This document shows, piece by piece, positions 48,790 to 62,001 of a DNA stretch of 64,000 nt. The stretch is taken from positions 87,236,001 through 87,300,000 of the forward strand of contig OZ076409.1 of assembly GCA_964187785.1 (NCBI GenBank). The letters are read 5' to 3'. A model generated the notes under the pieces. That model was not told where the DNA came from. It saw only the letters and a list, made by a program, of their open reading frames with translations, and ran no database searches. The DNA is from Amphiscolops sp. MND2022. Lineage: Eukaryota. The first letter of the stretch is position 1; each line of letters begins with the position of its first letter. The translations under genes and the position numbers were made by a program.

Positions 48790-51620
48790 TCAACATCAGT
48801 ACCAAATCAATAGTTCTTTGAAAGGGGAGAAGATTTACATGACTTCCAGAATTAAAATGAGTCTTTGAGTTTAGTTGAATTGAGCTGCAATTGTGCTTGT
48901 TCAAGGTTGCACTACGGCTCCTTCGCGGCGCTGGGGCTCCGTCATGAAGTTGCTCCAGTCGAAATTTCATTGTCTTCCAGATCATTCCGTTCAGCCTCTG
49001 GCAATGGCCGTCCTTAACCAGCTGGTATGTACGGAGTGGTTTGCGTTTTGCATGCGTTCCAATGATCCAGGAAGGATTTGAACTCCACACTTTCGAACAC
49101 ACGTCCTCGATTGCTATGAATCGCCAGTGAAGGACCAAAGATCGAGAATAGTTGTGATAAAGCTGACATGACTCTTGTTGTATTGGCTTTGACGGTAAAT
49201 GCGAACGGAAATCTACTGAATTTGTTTACAACTGTTAAAAAGTACTTGTTTCCTGTCGGTGTGCGTTTCTTTGGACCTACGAAGTCAAGCGACAGTCTCT
49301 CCCAAGGTTGTTTGGATCTTATAAGTGGAGTGTAAACTGGTTTAAAAAACCTGAGGTTCAGCTCTAGACAGACAGAGCTTTTCGAGATGTAGTCTTGAGC
49401 TTTTGCTTCAGATTAGTTACATCGAAACGTCGTTGGATAAACTCAACGGTTCTCGCTTTTCCGGGATGGCTCATTTTGTCGTGGACTTCCTTGAGTATTA
49501 ATCTCATGTCAACTTCTTGTTCTTTTCTTCGTCTATGGCGTCGTAGCCGGTTTCGTCCAATTGTGAGCAAAAAGCACAGACTCTCCTCATCGCATCAGCC
49601 ACTACGTTCAATCTACCTTTACGGTACTGTACATCGAAATCGTATTCTGATAGTACTAATCTCCACCGACATAACTTGCTGTTTTCAATAGAGGACCGTG
49701 GTTTTAAGTCAAGCGAGTACGAAACTTCTTTTTGATCTGTCAGTATGGTGAAATGACTGACTAGCAAGTACCGCTGTCATTTCTGTACAAACCTCACAAT
49801 AGCAATTGCTTTTTTCCAATCGCTGACCAATTCAACTCATGATTCGAAAGTTTATGAGATACGAAGGCTACTGGCTGACCAGTTTGGGTTAGAACCGCGC
49901 CAATTGCGTTGCCGGAGGAATCTGTTTGGAGCATAAAATTCTTCGTTCTGTCTGGGGTCCACAATGCCGCTTTCGATACAGCTCATTTAATAGTTTTTAT
50001 GCTGTTTATGGTCTCAGTGTCCAGCGGAAGCTTTTTGACTTGTTTCGCCCCCAGCAGCGGAGCGGCTATATTCGCAAAATCACCTACCCACTTGGAGTAG
50101 TAGACACTCGAACCGACAAATCGGTGGAAATCTTTCAGTGTTGTAGGAACAGGGAATTCTAGTAAGAGTTTCTTCCGCGATTCGTCTGGATTAATTTTTC
50201 CATCTGAAAACTGATGGCCAAGGAATTTTACCTACAGAACTTTGAATTTTGATTTTTCCTCAATGATCGTTAGATTTTATTTTTGGGAGCGCAATCGGAT
50301 TTCTGCTAAATTTTTGTCGTGTCCCGCCTCAGTTGCACCACCAATTACTACATCGTTGATATCCACGGCAATACCTTCAAGTCCATGGACAATAGTGTTA
50401 AATGTTTTCTGAAAGGCTGGAACACCGTTCGTTACCCCGAACGGTAGCCGGCTAAATTGACACAATTCTCCACTTGCTTCAAACGCTGTTAGATGTTTCT
50501 CTTCGTCCAATAGGCGGAGCTGGTGGTAGGCTGAATTCAAGTCTATGTAGGAGAACCACTTCCAGGAGCTCACTTCCAACAACAATTGTTCAATGACCGG
50601 GATAGATTAAGCGTCTGGAACAGTGTACCGATTCACTGTTGTAGAAAATTGAATGCACATTCGTTTTTGGTGGTTAGCTGTTTTCGACACAAATACCTGA
50701 TCCCGCCAAGAAAATTGCGACTTCTCTATGACAGCAGCTTCAGCTAGCTTTTTGATCTCTTGTCGAATAAATTCGTGGTCTTCCTCACTTCAGAATCGAG
50801 AAGGGCAACGAATCGAGCTGGCATTCTCCTGCAATGTTACGATGGGAAAAGGCTCCAGATTTATGTAATTCTGCCCTCCGTACTCCTCTACTGGTATACT
50901 GGTAAATTGGTATTTATTACTAGCGATAACTAAAGGAGGTGCCAAGCCTTCGTACTTGATAGTTATCGATTCAAATTGTGAAAGGGCGGATGAGCCAAGG
51001 ATTGCCGGATCGCAAAGCTCCGTTGCTACAGAAATAGTTTCCTTCCACTCGTGTCTTTCAACTGAAAGATGTGCTGTCGCAGAGCCAATGCTATTGACCG
51101 TATTTTCTCCGATCGAGCGAGTGTTATGCGCAATTTCAGATGTTTGGCAACAGATTGTACTACTACCGTTATGTCACTTCCGGGGTCAACTGGGAAATGT
51201 CGTGACACGCCATCGACTTTAGCAAGAAAGAAGCGTCGTTGGCGTCGTTTGTAAGATAAACTTGCAATGACGTCGGAATCGTCAGATTCGCTAGTTTCTT
51301 CCACTGCCGCGACTCGTTTCTGCGTCAGACACACTCTTTGAAACTGACCCTTGCAATCGCATTTGCGACAGATCCTCTGGCAGGACATCCGTTTTTGCCG
51401 TGGAGCGTGTGGGATCATTTTTGGGGTTCATGCGGTGATACCACGTGTTCAAAGTTTTGGAGTTTGTGACTGCTGTAATAGGGTAGTGATCCTCATAAAC
51501 AAGGGCCGCCGCTTCAAGCAGTCCATAGTGAACTTGCGACGAAGAAAGTCGTAGTATCTGTATCGCATTAACATAATCAGGTTGCTTCGGCCTATTGTTC
51601 TCCTTAGTCGAACATATTTT
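48790..51620 (-). mobile_element. Decayed Ty3/Gypsy LTR retrotransposon (gag-PR-RT-RH-IN)
   Basis: CRKCDCKGQFQRVC knuckle, VDPGSD protease, IDLNSAYHQ/RLPFGVTN RT, FTILTDQK/NVVADAMR RNase H, HDKMSHPG integrase zinc finger. Confidence 0.87.
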
Positions 51621-51809
51621 CCAATGATTCGTCATTGAAGTTGTAGTTGTTGATTTGCATTGCAAAATATATGAGCATTTAATGCATTTTCGCCGAATGG
51701 TGGTGCGTTGTCCTTAAATTCCACGTAAAAATAATCGTATGCCTCACTTCGACGGTCCATTACGATCCGCCATTTACTATTTACGGTCATGTGAAACCTG
51801 AAATTTTTG

Positions 51810-52007
51810 CTTGCAATATTCAATATTGTAATTTGTGAAAATTATTCGATCAAAATTCAATATTCGAAATATATCTCATTATTCGCAAGATTTATTCGAT
51901 ATTCAATTCGACATTCAACAACTTTTCGAAGATTCAATTCGATACTCGAAAGCAACGCGAAGCTTCGACTATTCGACAGAATATTCGAATTCGATTCAAA
52001 TTCCCTG
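51810..52007. mobile_element. MITE end with ATTCGA repeat array
   Basis: Many (A)TTCGA(A/T/C) repeats ending in ATTCCCTG (hAT-like CAGGG terminus on -). Confidence 0.5.
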
Positions 52008-52009
52008 AC

Positions 52010-53500
52010 GCAGACAGGTAGGGTTCAATTTTCCTGCGACCCATCGAGAGGACTTTCCTGTTCTTTCGTCAAACTCAGCTGTTTATCCAGCGCTTTCATA
52101 AACAACACATTTTTCAAGGAAACCGAAAACATTGAATACGTCACTCACTCGCACCAAAAGCTGTAGCCAAAAAGGCGGGAAGTTCTAATATTGATGCGGA
52201 TGAAAGTCCAAGACTACCTATTTCAGCGGGCCAAGCCAGTTGAGTACTCAAAATATCGTCGAAGTCCACGTTACACACTTTGGGAAGCCCTTCGCGTACG
52301 GGTTTGTCATACTTTCCTTAGAGGGCTGGATGATTGAACTGGTTCTCAAAAAGTACAACAACTCTGGCAGATTGAAGCAATTTTTCATCATGAAAAATAA
52401 TGCGCATCCAATTTAACAACAGTTCCGTTAGCTTTTCTCACCATAATATTTTTTCCACCTTCTGATAACTTTGCTTGCGACTTCTCGCCGAGCTGTGAAG
52501 CAAGAATCTTGAGTTCATCTTCCGTTGGTGTTTTGATCCCTTGGAAAGATGCTAAAATTGTCGATTGTCGTTTTTCAGTATTGTCACCAAGGAAAAAACT
52601 CACATTTCGTGGGCTCAATTTTGAGTCCAAAATTTTTTTGCGCTCCAACAATTTTTCTGAGATCGTTCGGAAAGGTTCTGTAATCATCACCTAAATTTCC
52701 ATTTTCGAGGTTCCATAAGTTTATTTTCGCTCCAAACTGTCAATCATATCCTGAATAGAATCCGAAAATAAAGCTGAAGATTCAGGATTTATTTGCTGGG
52801 TCCATTCACAAGATTTGATTACTGAATCGCCAAGAAAAAGGAAACTTGGTTGACTCTACGCCAAGTGTGGGTACCGATAAACTTCAAGGTGTATTTCAAA
52901 AGTCTTTTCGCGCATGAATTGTCGGTTTATTGAATTGAATGCGTTTTCACAGTCAATTTTTAAAATAACTTTTTCATTGAGCTGGGGGCTTTCTATCAGA
53001 AAACGGAATACATGTGAGGCCAATTCAGCGCCGGTTTCGGTGTCTACCCCTACCGCTGACTTCCGTATCTTGCTTGACGTGATTCAAAGACATAGTATCC
53101 GGAACAATTTGCGTACATGTTTTGCCTACAGCGATAGGACGAAGTCTTCCATTGGGCTTTTTAGGCGCAAATTATTTCGCACCAAAAAAGAACGGTCGAA
53201 TTTCGAAAGGCACTTTTCCGCTGAGAATCACATTCAAAACATTTGTTGAGCTCTGTGAAAATTGAGTCTCGTTTGCCCGTACGACTTGGCAGTCAAATCT
53301 TTCAAAATTCAAGACGAAATGCCATCCAGTCCTAGAGCCGGTAGGGCAGGGCATAAGAGCATTGTGGACGAAAAACTCCGAGGTTGAAATTTGAAATTTT
53401 GATTCAGTACACTTAATTTTAGCGAGTACAACCAAATCTTCAAGGCAATGATTCCCGTTGTCTAGTAATACGACGAAGTGGTGTCCATGCCAAGCAATGA
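52010..53500 (-). mobile_element. Degenerate CRE-like non-LTR RT relic
   Basis: Minus-strand relics LRPMEDFVLSL, GVDTETGAELASHVFR, ILKIDCENAFNSINR, LLYFLRTS resemble CRE-clade RT motifs; many stops. Confidence 0.55.
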
Positions 53501-54819
53501 TTCGTTTCCTGGGTGCTTCTCGTTTGGAATATGCGGTCAACGAATCATCATATTCCCAGACGGGGAATGGAATAAGACCTACGGAATGAGACCTAAACAT
53601 AAACCGGAATAGGATCTAACAACGGGAATAAGACCTAAAATGCGTTATAAGACCTAAAATGCGGAATAGGACTTTGAAATGCGGATTGAGAACCAACAAA
53701 AGAAGGGAATAGTATCTAAATGAATAATATCTGAAACGATTCCGGGAAAATTTTCCAAAGGTGTTGAAAATGTAAATTGTGTCTCTGATCTTTCCCCACT
53801 TCCTCCAGTGCCCTGTGGCCCCATCTTGCTAAGCGAGGTCGAACAAGATTTAAAACCTAGCGGCAACGGAGATCGCGAAACGATCGAAGTGAGAACTGGT
53901 TCTTGCGACGGTGAGGGCGAGCATGTCATACACGAGATAAGCCCACATTAGATGGAAAAACTACCGAAAAGATCGTAAGACATTCCGGGAAGGTAACAGT
54001 TTGTTCCTGAAAAAAATGGTCTGAGATTTGATGACGTTATGAAATCAATGAGGAAAGGCAATTTTTGATTGTGAAAGTTGTTTTGTTTTTCAACAGTTGT
54101 TTGTGTTGATTGCATAAACTCTATCTGCTCGAGATTTTTCTGAAGTTTTGGTTTGAAAATCTAGCTTCAAACAAAATTTTTTCGTGAAAAAAACAAGTCT
54201 TGTGGAAGCTTTTTCCGGTATTGGGCCATATTCTTTGTCACCATTTCCAGAGACCGGTAATAAAAAACAAGGAACCACAATCAGAGGTTTGTCGTTCAAA
54301 AAGTTCTCGAACAATGAACTCAAAATATTCCAGAAAATTATCACTCACGTTGTGCTCAAGGACAAAAAGCTCTTACTTGACACTGCAACTTTAGTAATAG
54401 TATTTCCGAGCACGTGTCGAACAATTTCAAGAGTTTGGCATTGAAGCAGTCAGTTGAAAAATCTGGAACCTTAAAGCCAAGAATCGCTGCGATTGTGTAA
54501 GGCCAACGCAATCGAAGTCAAAACATCTTTTGTCAACTGGAGTTCACCGGAATTACTACAATGCACTTGAACACATTTTGGCTACCTGAAAAAAGAAAAA
54601 GCTTTCAGTAAGTGAAAACTGAGAACAATACACCGACAAAACAATGTTGGAACTACATCTGTTCTCAGTCTTGTGGTCGAAAACAAGAACCTGGAAGATT
54701 TAACAGTAAACCACGATCAGAAAATGTTTTGAATCGTAGCTGGGTAAAGAAGCCGACTCGACAAGTGGACGGAAGAACCACAATGAAACACCCGAATTCT
54801 TAATAGGCTAGTGTGACCT

Positions 54820-57800
54820 TGAAGCATTGACGACAATTTATTGCTTCATTGCGAACAAAGTTTTTGAAGACATGACCTTCGCTGACTTTATCGAGAACAA
54901 AAATGCAAACTTGAAGCCTACCGGAAGATTATTCTTTGCCAAAATGATGATTTTCTTCTCCATTGCTCAAGGAAATGATAACAAGGAAACCTAATTTCTG
55001 GCTAGAGAGGCTGCTCGTTACTGCAAACTTGAACTACTAAAAACATGCGCAGATCCTGATGCGGAACTGATCACAGTAGGACTTTTGGTAGGCTTGAATG
55101 ACAAAGAAGAGACAGTGGACTGAAATTGTGAGAAAAAGGGAACTCACACACTTCGAGTGCTGTTTTCGAATCTGAAGAACGTTTCGGTTTAGTTTGACGA
55201 GACATTTTTCATGTCAACCAAATTAACCAATTAGAAGATTTGAACTTGACTGCATTTTTATCAGTTGTGAAAAGTCAACCGGCAGCACTGAAACTGAAGT
55301 GAGATGCCAAACCCATGACTTGCCGTGCTTTCAAAATCCCATTAGCCTTACAGGATCAAGTCAAAAAGAATTGGCTGAAGTGGAAGCTCAGGGTATCATA
55401 GAACAGGTCGAACCTGGTGTAGTGATAAGTGCTTCAACTGCAGTTTGACAAAACAACGACGAGTCTCTTCGACTATGCGCTGATTACAAAGTCCATATCA
55501 ATGACAAAAGAACGACAGAGGCGTACCCATTGCCGGATACGGAAATACTGTACTAAAATTGAATGGTGCCAAATTTTTTGGAAAGATCAACTTGTCGTTA
55601 GCGTTTTATCAAATCGAAGAAGATGATGCTGCCCCGAAAAATGCTACTTTGAGTACGACTCAGGTTTGTACCGAGCTAAAAAGCTCCAACCAGGTATGAA
55701 AATTGCTTCAACTATCTTCCAAGGGTGAACAGAGGAAGCTTTGGTACGTTTGATAGGACTTATTGTCTTTCAAGTTGATATCCTGGTTTTGGGAAGTAAT
55801 GGCTGTCAATGCAGGATGCGGTTACAGGCGGCGAGGTATCGTTTGAAATTAAAAAACGAATTTTTACAGTGAAGCCAACTTTGCAGCCTGCAAATTAATA
55901 TCTCTAGACGAACTCAAACTTAAACAGTTATGGTACCCTCTGATTCAGACAGTGATAAAGCGCATCATTGGCATCGAACGGTCGGACTGTTGCCAACAAG
56001 AACTGACATTCAAAAAACTAGCAAAACTTGAACCTGTCGAGAATGACATAGTGATGAACGGAATACAAGCCCATTATTACCTCCAAGAGTACGGCGAAGC
56101 GTTATCGAAAGCATTGGTGAAACTCATGCAGGTAGAATGCAGGCAGAAACGTGCAACACGATGAAGCTCACACCTTGTTGTTCGGCAATGAGCCGGATAT
56201 TGAGAGCTACGTGAAAATCTGCGTCAAATATAGCGAACTTCGACCTCGTGGAGACGAATCCATCGGAAAATGGCGCAAAGTTGCACAGTAGGAACGACTA
56301 GGCAAAGACTGGGCCCATATACAATAATTGACAATGTTGTCAAAATAGTTGATGCCGAATCAGTATGGATCGATGCCTTCATCTGCGGCGATTGCCCAAC
56401 CGAAAAAAAACTATAAAATTTTTTTGTCGGTGTTCGCTCGATTTAGGGTATCGAGAACAACATTTGCAGGTGAGCTACATCAATAATGGCTTTTGACTAT
56501 GGTGTCGTTTCCAATAAGGCTGGAAATCTCCGCATGTAGATTCCATGGGTCGTCTCCAATTTCAAACTAATGAAGACGATGAGCTTGAAGCCACAATTGC
56601 TTACAGTCAAGTCAACGTTGGCTCCAAAAATTTTCCGTGGATAACTAAGACACAAATTTGCGGAAAATCTGTTTTGAACTTCGAAAGAAGCCAAGGCAGT
56701 CAACATCAGAGGGGAATAAATTCAGTGAGCAGATCTTGATTTCGGCAAGACGCTTATTAAACGCTCGCAGATGCACTGTAATGCTTTCCTGGCATACACC
56801 ATCCCAGCAAAAGAATACAGTCAGATGATCGAAACGTCAATAAAGATATGAGTATGTCAGCAACGTAAAATGCCAAAGACGGGCACCTCTTCTGTGGATT
56901 AGTTAACTTTTACCGGAGGTTCATCGTAAATTTCAAAACCAAAATGCACTCGAGCTCTTAAAAGCTGATACAACTTTCAAAAGGACAACAAAATGTCAGG
57001 AGGTTTTCAATTTACTGAAGCAAGAACGAGCACTTAAGCGCTTGGTCCAGCATTATTGTTTAAAGAAGGTGGTTTTCATGACAACCAATGCCTCAGAAAT
57101 TGCCATCGGTGGAGAATTGTCACAAAAAAGTTATACGGTGATTTACGTGTCACGGAGGTTGTCGGTAGCTGACTCGCGTGTTTCCCATTTTGAAAGAGAA
57201 ACATTTGTTATTGTATATGTCATCAGTCGTCTACGAAAATTCTTGTATGTACGAACTTTCAAACTAATATTTCACCATAAGCTGCTGGTGTTCCTTTTCT
57301 CCCCGAGCAAAGAATTTCCCATGGCAGCCTTAGCGAGAACTTTTAGGTGGGCTATCTCCTCGATAAATTTCGATTTTGATGTCGCTTGCCAAGAAAGCCT
57401 GAAAAATCCGCACACCGTTTCCATCAGCCTCCTCCAATTTTAAATTAAAAAATTAAAGAAAGCGATGAACTTGAAGCCACGATTGTTTACAACCAAGTGA
57501 ATTTTGCAACCTGCAAATCAAAAATCTCTGGACGAACTCAAAATGGAAGATTTAGTATATCACCCCCTGATTCAGAAAGTGATAAAGTGCATCCTTAGCA
57601 GCAAACGATCGGACTGTTGCCAACAAACACTGACATTCAAAAAACTGGCACAATTCGAAAACGTCGAGAATGACATATTGTATAGCGGTACACAAGGGCA
57701 TTTATACCTCCAGGACTACTACGACGGAGCGTTATCGAAGGAGTTGAAATAATTGCAACGAGCAAGAATATGAAGTTCACATCTTGTTGTTCGCCAATGA

Positions 57801-58330
57801 GCAGGATATTGAGAACTACGTGAAAATCTGCGTCAAATATAACGAACTTCGATCTCATGTAGACGAATCCATTGGAAAATGGCATCATGGTGCACAGTAG
57901 GAACAACTACGCATAGACTGGGCCCCTATACAGCAAGTTGACAATGTTCTCATAATACTTGATGCCGGATCTGTATGGATCGAAGCCTTCATCAGCGGTG
58001 ATCGCCCAACTGAAGAAAGTTTTTAGCGTATTTCGTGGTTGTTTTCCCGATTGGGATATCACCAATTGCAAAATCACACACTGGCTAAAAATGATCTAAG
58101 TGCATTGCAGAAAAAACTGTATAAACAACGACGAAGGCCATCAATGTCTCGGAACTTGATTTGAGGGTCAGCGTCCACTTATTTTTACTACGGCGGATTC
58201 TTCTCACCTACAGAAACACGACCAATGCACATAGGGAAGTAATCTTCGGAAAATCATTAGAGTAACCAGCTGTTGTAGACTTTGAAATTGGTTCGACGAT
58301 ATTATAGAGGGCAACTGCTGAAAAGGTTGT
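54820..58330 (+). mobile_element. Highly decayed and internally duplicated Ty3/Gypsy pol
   Basis: RT relics (LRLCADYKV-like), RNase H TTNASEIAIGGELSQ, integrase relics; integrase segment repeated at ~55880-56420 and ~57500-58020. Confidence 0.75.
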
Positions 58331-59369
58331 TATGAATTGATATGGGTAAGGTATGTGTTGGCAAATTTGCAAATTGTAACAGTTACGTGTCTGGAATATA
58401 CATGGCAGCTGAGGCGGAATACTGACAGGTCGATGTTGGTTAACACTTTCGTGATCGTCCGCTTTTTAAATTGGTGTTACGGATGAACATGTTTTAGAGA
58501 GTTGGTCACTCTTTGGTTTGGATGATCATTACAATTAGTTCAGTGACTAACGGTGCTAATAAATTTAAATTCACTATCAATTTACTTAAACAATTTACTA
58601 TCGAACACCTGGAAAAATAACTTGAAATCGGTATTGGTATAAGACTCTTTACTTGGTTTATATAACAAAGGTTTCATATGTGTATGCATAAAACAAAAAC
58701 ATTAGGATATAGTGCTTGCTTTGCAATGGTTCCAAGTCACTTGGCCTAATATCATTTGGCTTAATTTTTTTGTCGACTAATTCGGCTTAAAAATTTTACG
58801 CCAAAAGACCACAAAATTAGGCCAACTCCATTCCAACTCACAAAAAAAATATGTGCATATTCTGTATATTTTAGGGTTCACTCAGCTCGTGAGATACATA
58901 GTAATGCACTTGACGAGACCCACGACAAGAACGTGGCGTCCTTCGGGTCTCAAAAAAGTAAAGCACAATAGGCTCCAGGGGTTTGGTACTGCAGTGAATT
59001 CCCAAATCGAGTTTAGAGAAGTTTACCAGTATGATGGTAGTTGATACATTTAAATGACTCTGAAGCCTGTTTTTATTATAGCCAAAAAACTCTTTATCAA
59101 ACTGCAGATCATAAGGTCATACATTGACAACGATAGATTGGAAGAAAAGAAAGCTCCTGGTTATCCTATACTGCAATGAAATCTTGAATCGAACGTAGAT
59201 GAGTTTACGAGTTTGATGGTAGTTGATGCAATTTAATGATTCCAAAACCTGTTTTCTTATCATAAAAAATTTTTCATGAAACTGAATTAAGTTGCAAAGT
59301 AGCCACAAATTTATTCTTTTTTTCTGGCATTTCTCAAGTTTTTAATTGTCTCGGGGAAAGGAAAAAGTT

Positions 59370-59565
59370 ATATGGCCCAGAATATGGTCAGGCTGGAACC
59401 ATAAACTTTGCTTTTTTATGGTTCCAGGCTGATCATAGACTGGACCATATATGTCCAGAGTATGATCAGCCTGGAACCATAAACCTTTATGGTCCACAGT
59501 ATGATCAGCCTGGAATCATACTGTGAGTATAATGGCAGAGTATGATTGACCTGTTTTTGTATGGG
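59370..59565. mobile_element. Subterminal repeat array of a DNA-transposon end (CACTA/EnSpm-like)
   Basis: Repeats of TATG(G/A)TCAG(G/C)CTGGAACCATA in both orientations, ending TTTTTGTATGGG (CCCATACAAAAA on -). Confidence 0.45.
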
Positions 59566-60044
59566 AGGGAAACCCGGGTTGTGCAGTCATTGAGGAGAAA
59601 GGTTGGTATTAGGTATGCATCCATGTGGGTCCTTTGCAACAAATCAAAAACATATTTGTTGAATTTGAAATTGCTTTAAAAAATTTCTGGGTTTTTCGGA
59701 TCAGGCAATTATGTAGGAGGACTCGTTTCATTCTTCGTTTGATACTTGGGGGAGGATTCTTCCCATCGTGACCGGCATGAGTTGCGTGAGTAGTAGTACT
59801 GCTTTGTCGATTATTTCGTTTCCTCTTGATTGCATACTACTACTGATTGAGTGTCTGTCTGTGGCATGTCCGCCCTACATGATGACCTTCATGATACAAG
59901 ATCATTGGCGATGATCCCTTTGATCTCAGAAGGTAATAAAAAATCACATCCGAAACTTTTGCCTGTTCTATCTGATAATTGCGCCATTAACTAAATTCGA
60001 TGGGGCTATAAAGTTGCTACTGGTTGAGGCTAGGTATTTTTCCC

Positions 60045-60141
60045 CAGCAGTCGGCATAGTCTATTTTCATTTTTTGCCAGAATTTGTTATAGCCTATAAC
60101 AAATTCTGGCAAAAAATGAAAATAGACTATGCCGACTGCTG
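60045..60141. repeat. Perfect palindrome: 48-bp arms, 1-nt spacer
   Basis: 60045-60092 is the exact reverse complement of 60094-60141. Confidence 0.95.
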
Positions 60142-60799
60142 AGGAAGCTTATCTTACAGGAATAGTTTCATATACCTGAACTACTGACTGGTTGATGATT
60201 ATTATAACACTGATATTAGAAGGATTTTGGTTAAATATTTAACTACAGTTCTGTTAGGTGGCATGTCAAATGAGATTTTCTCCCACTTGGTTTCTGGTCA
60301 TGATAGCGTCTTAGCTGTTTCCAAAACTTCAAGAGGAGATCGAGATCCACGTACCACATTCCTGTAACGCTGGATGAAACTAAAAAATTTTCAATAGCGA
60401 ACTTAGCACTGCATGTCCAGAGTGGATTAAAAAGAGGCTGAACGAAAATAATAATCTTTATCTGAAATAATCTTTTTCACTCACCAAAAAGAATATGTAA
60501 GTTCGCCCCTGAAAGCGTCACTATGTTTGTGTTTCTCGGATGAGTAAACGACTGACGCAATATAAGACACTTTTTCAGTGGAAAGCATTTGAAGGAACAT
60601 TTTAAAAGGTCTGTCGATCAAAAATTGGGAATGGTATATGCTTTGAAACAGGAAATAGACATGACAGTGAAGTATTCTTTGAAAGTGTAAGCCTTGAAGA
60701 GCTGAAGAAAAGAAAATAAAATAGGCAAAGATTCGAGCTCCATGGAAGTTGATAACCGACATCTAAAACTGCTTGTAAAGTCCGACACATTTTGGCTTT

Positions 60800-62000
60800 G
60801 TTCATCAAAAACCCGGAGTAGAAAGATTACACCAACTCATCTTCTCACACAACGTTTTTGACCACAAATCACTTCACAAACATGCATAATGAACAGTAAT
60901 CTAATCGACATCGAACAACAAGGCTTCGTTGCAAACAGGATCACGACCAGAAGCTTGTTCAGGTTTTCAAAAATTTAAAGTCTAAAAAACGCGAAGTCTT
61001 TGAGGACCTTAAAAAATTAGACTTGGTAAAAACCTTGCATTGTGTCTGGCAAAACGGACTCCATTTGAAGCTGTGGAAAAGTGGTCTATAAGGAGGTTTA
61101 TATTTATCAATAGACATGATCTACGTAAATTACATGCATGAGTTGCACAGAGTTAAAAATTGAGTAAGTCTAATTTTGTGGGTGTGTCTAGAAACAAATC
61201 TTTGAACCTATCAATCTATTTAAATGAACAGACTGCATATTCGATTAGCTGTGTAAGGTCAATAGGCAAAACTTCCCAATGCCAGGTTTGAGCCTCTTCA
61301 AGAAAACAGCTGTGAAATGACTTTCCGTGGGTCATCTCAAAGACTATTGGAAAATTTTGATTGCGAAAGTTTAGCAGAAACAATCGATAGATGGGAATGC
61401 CCAAAAATGCTTCAGCTTTACTGATAAGGGTACAGCAACCAATAATTTGGTTGATGAGTCTAGATGGATGCTCAAATACCGGAGCTGTAGTATCACCCCG
61501 TCAGAACGCGAATTGGAAGGATAGGTGCGATTCATTTCTGTCAGAAATCTTTACTCTGGTGTCTAGATAGTTTAGTGGTTTGCTATAGGGGACAAGCGAC
61601 AGTTTGTGAAGAGAGACCGTTTTGTCCTTCTCAAGCAACATTTTCGTAAGTCAATATCGGCACAACGAATGTAGCCAACGTTTTCCAAGATGCACATTGG
61701 GACATGTTCGTTTCCAATAGGAAGCAAGCACTCAACCTTTTCGTGGTCTTTTCTTAACGTTGTCAGTCCTAATTAGGTCGTTATTTAGAATTATCCCGAG
61801 ATCCTTGGCAGAACTTTCGAACTCATATTTTTGTTTGAGACAACATACCAGCTAATTTCGACGCAGTGGCTGTCTTCGCTTCTGAGAGTCAGATCATGGC
61901 CTTTTTCAAAGTCAATTGCTTTTCGTTTTTGTTTGTGTGCACCAGACAAGTGTAGTGTTCAACTCGGTTCGTGCTAATGTGGAATCAGATAACAGTAGTT
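60800..62000. mobile_element. Fragmentary LINE RT relics in both orientations
   Basis: Plus: QQGFVANRITTRSL, LHCVWQNGLHLKLW. Minus: KDLGIILNNDL. Confidence 0.5.
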
Positions 62001-62001
62001 T

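Noticed and set aside
42337..53730. One giant 11 kb TIR transposon bounded by inverted GGTCTTATTC arrays
   Set aside because: The apparent termini face inward (right end at 42464, left end near 53560), so these are ends of two separate MITE copies.
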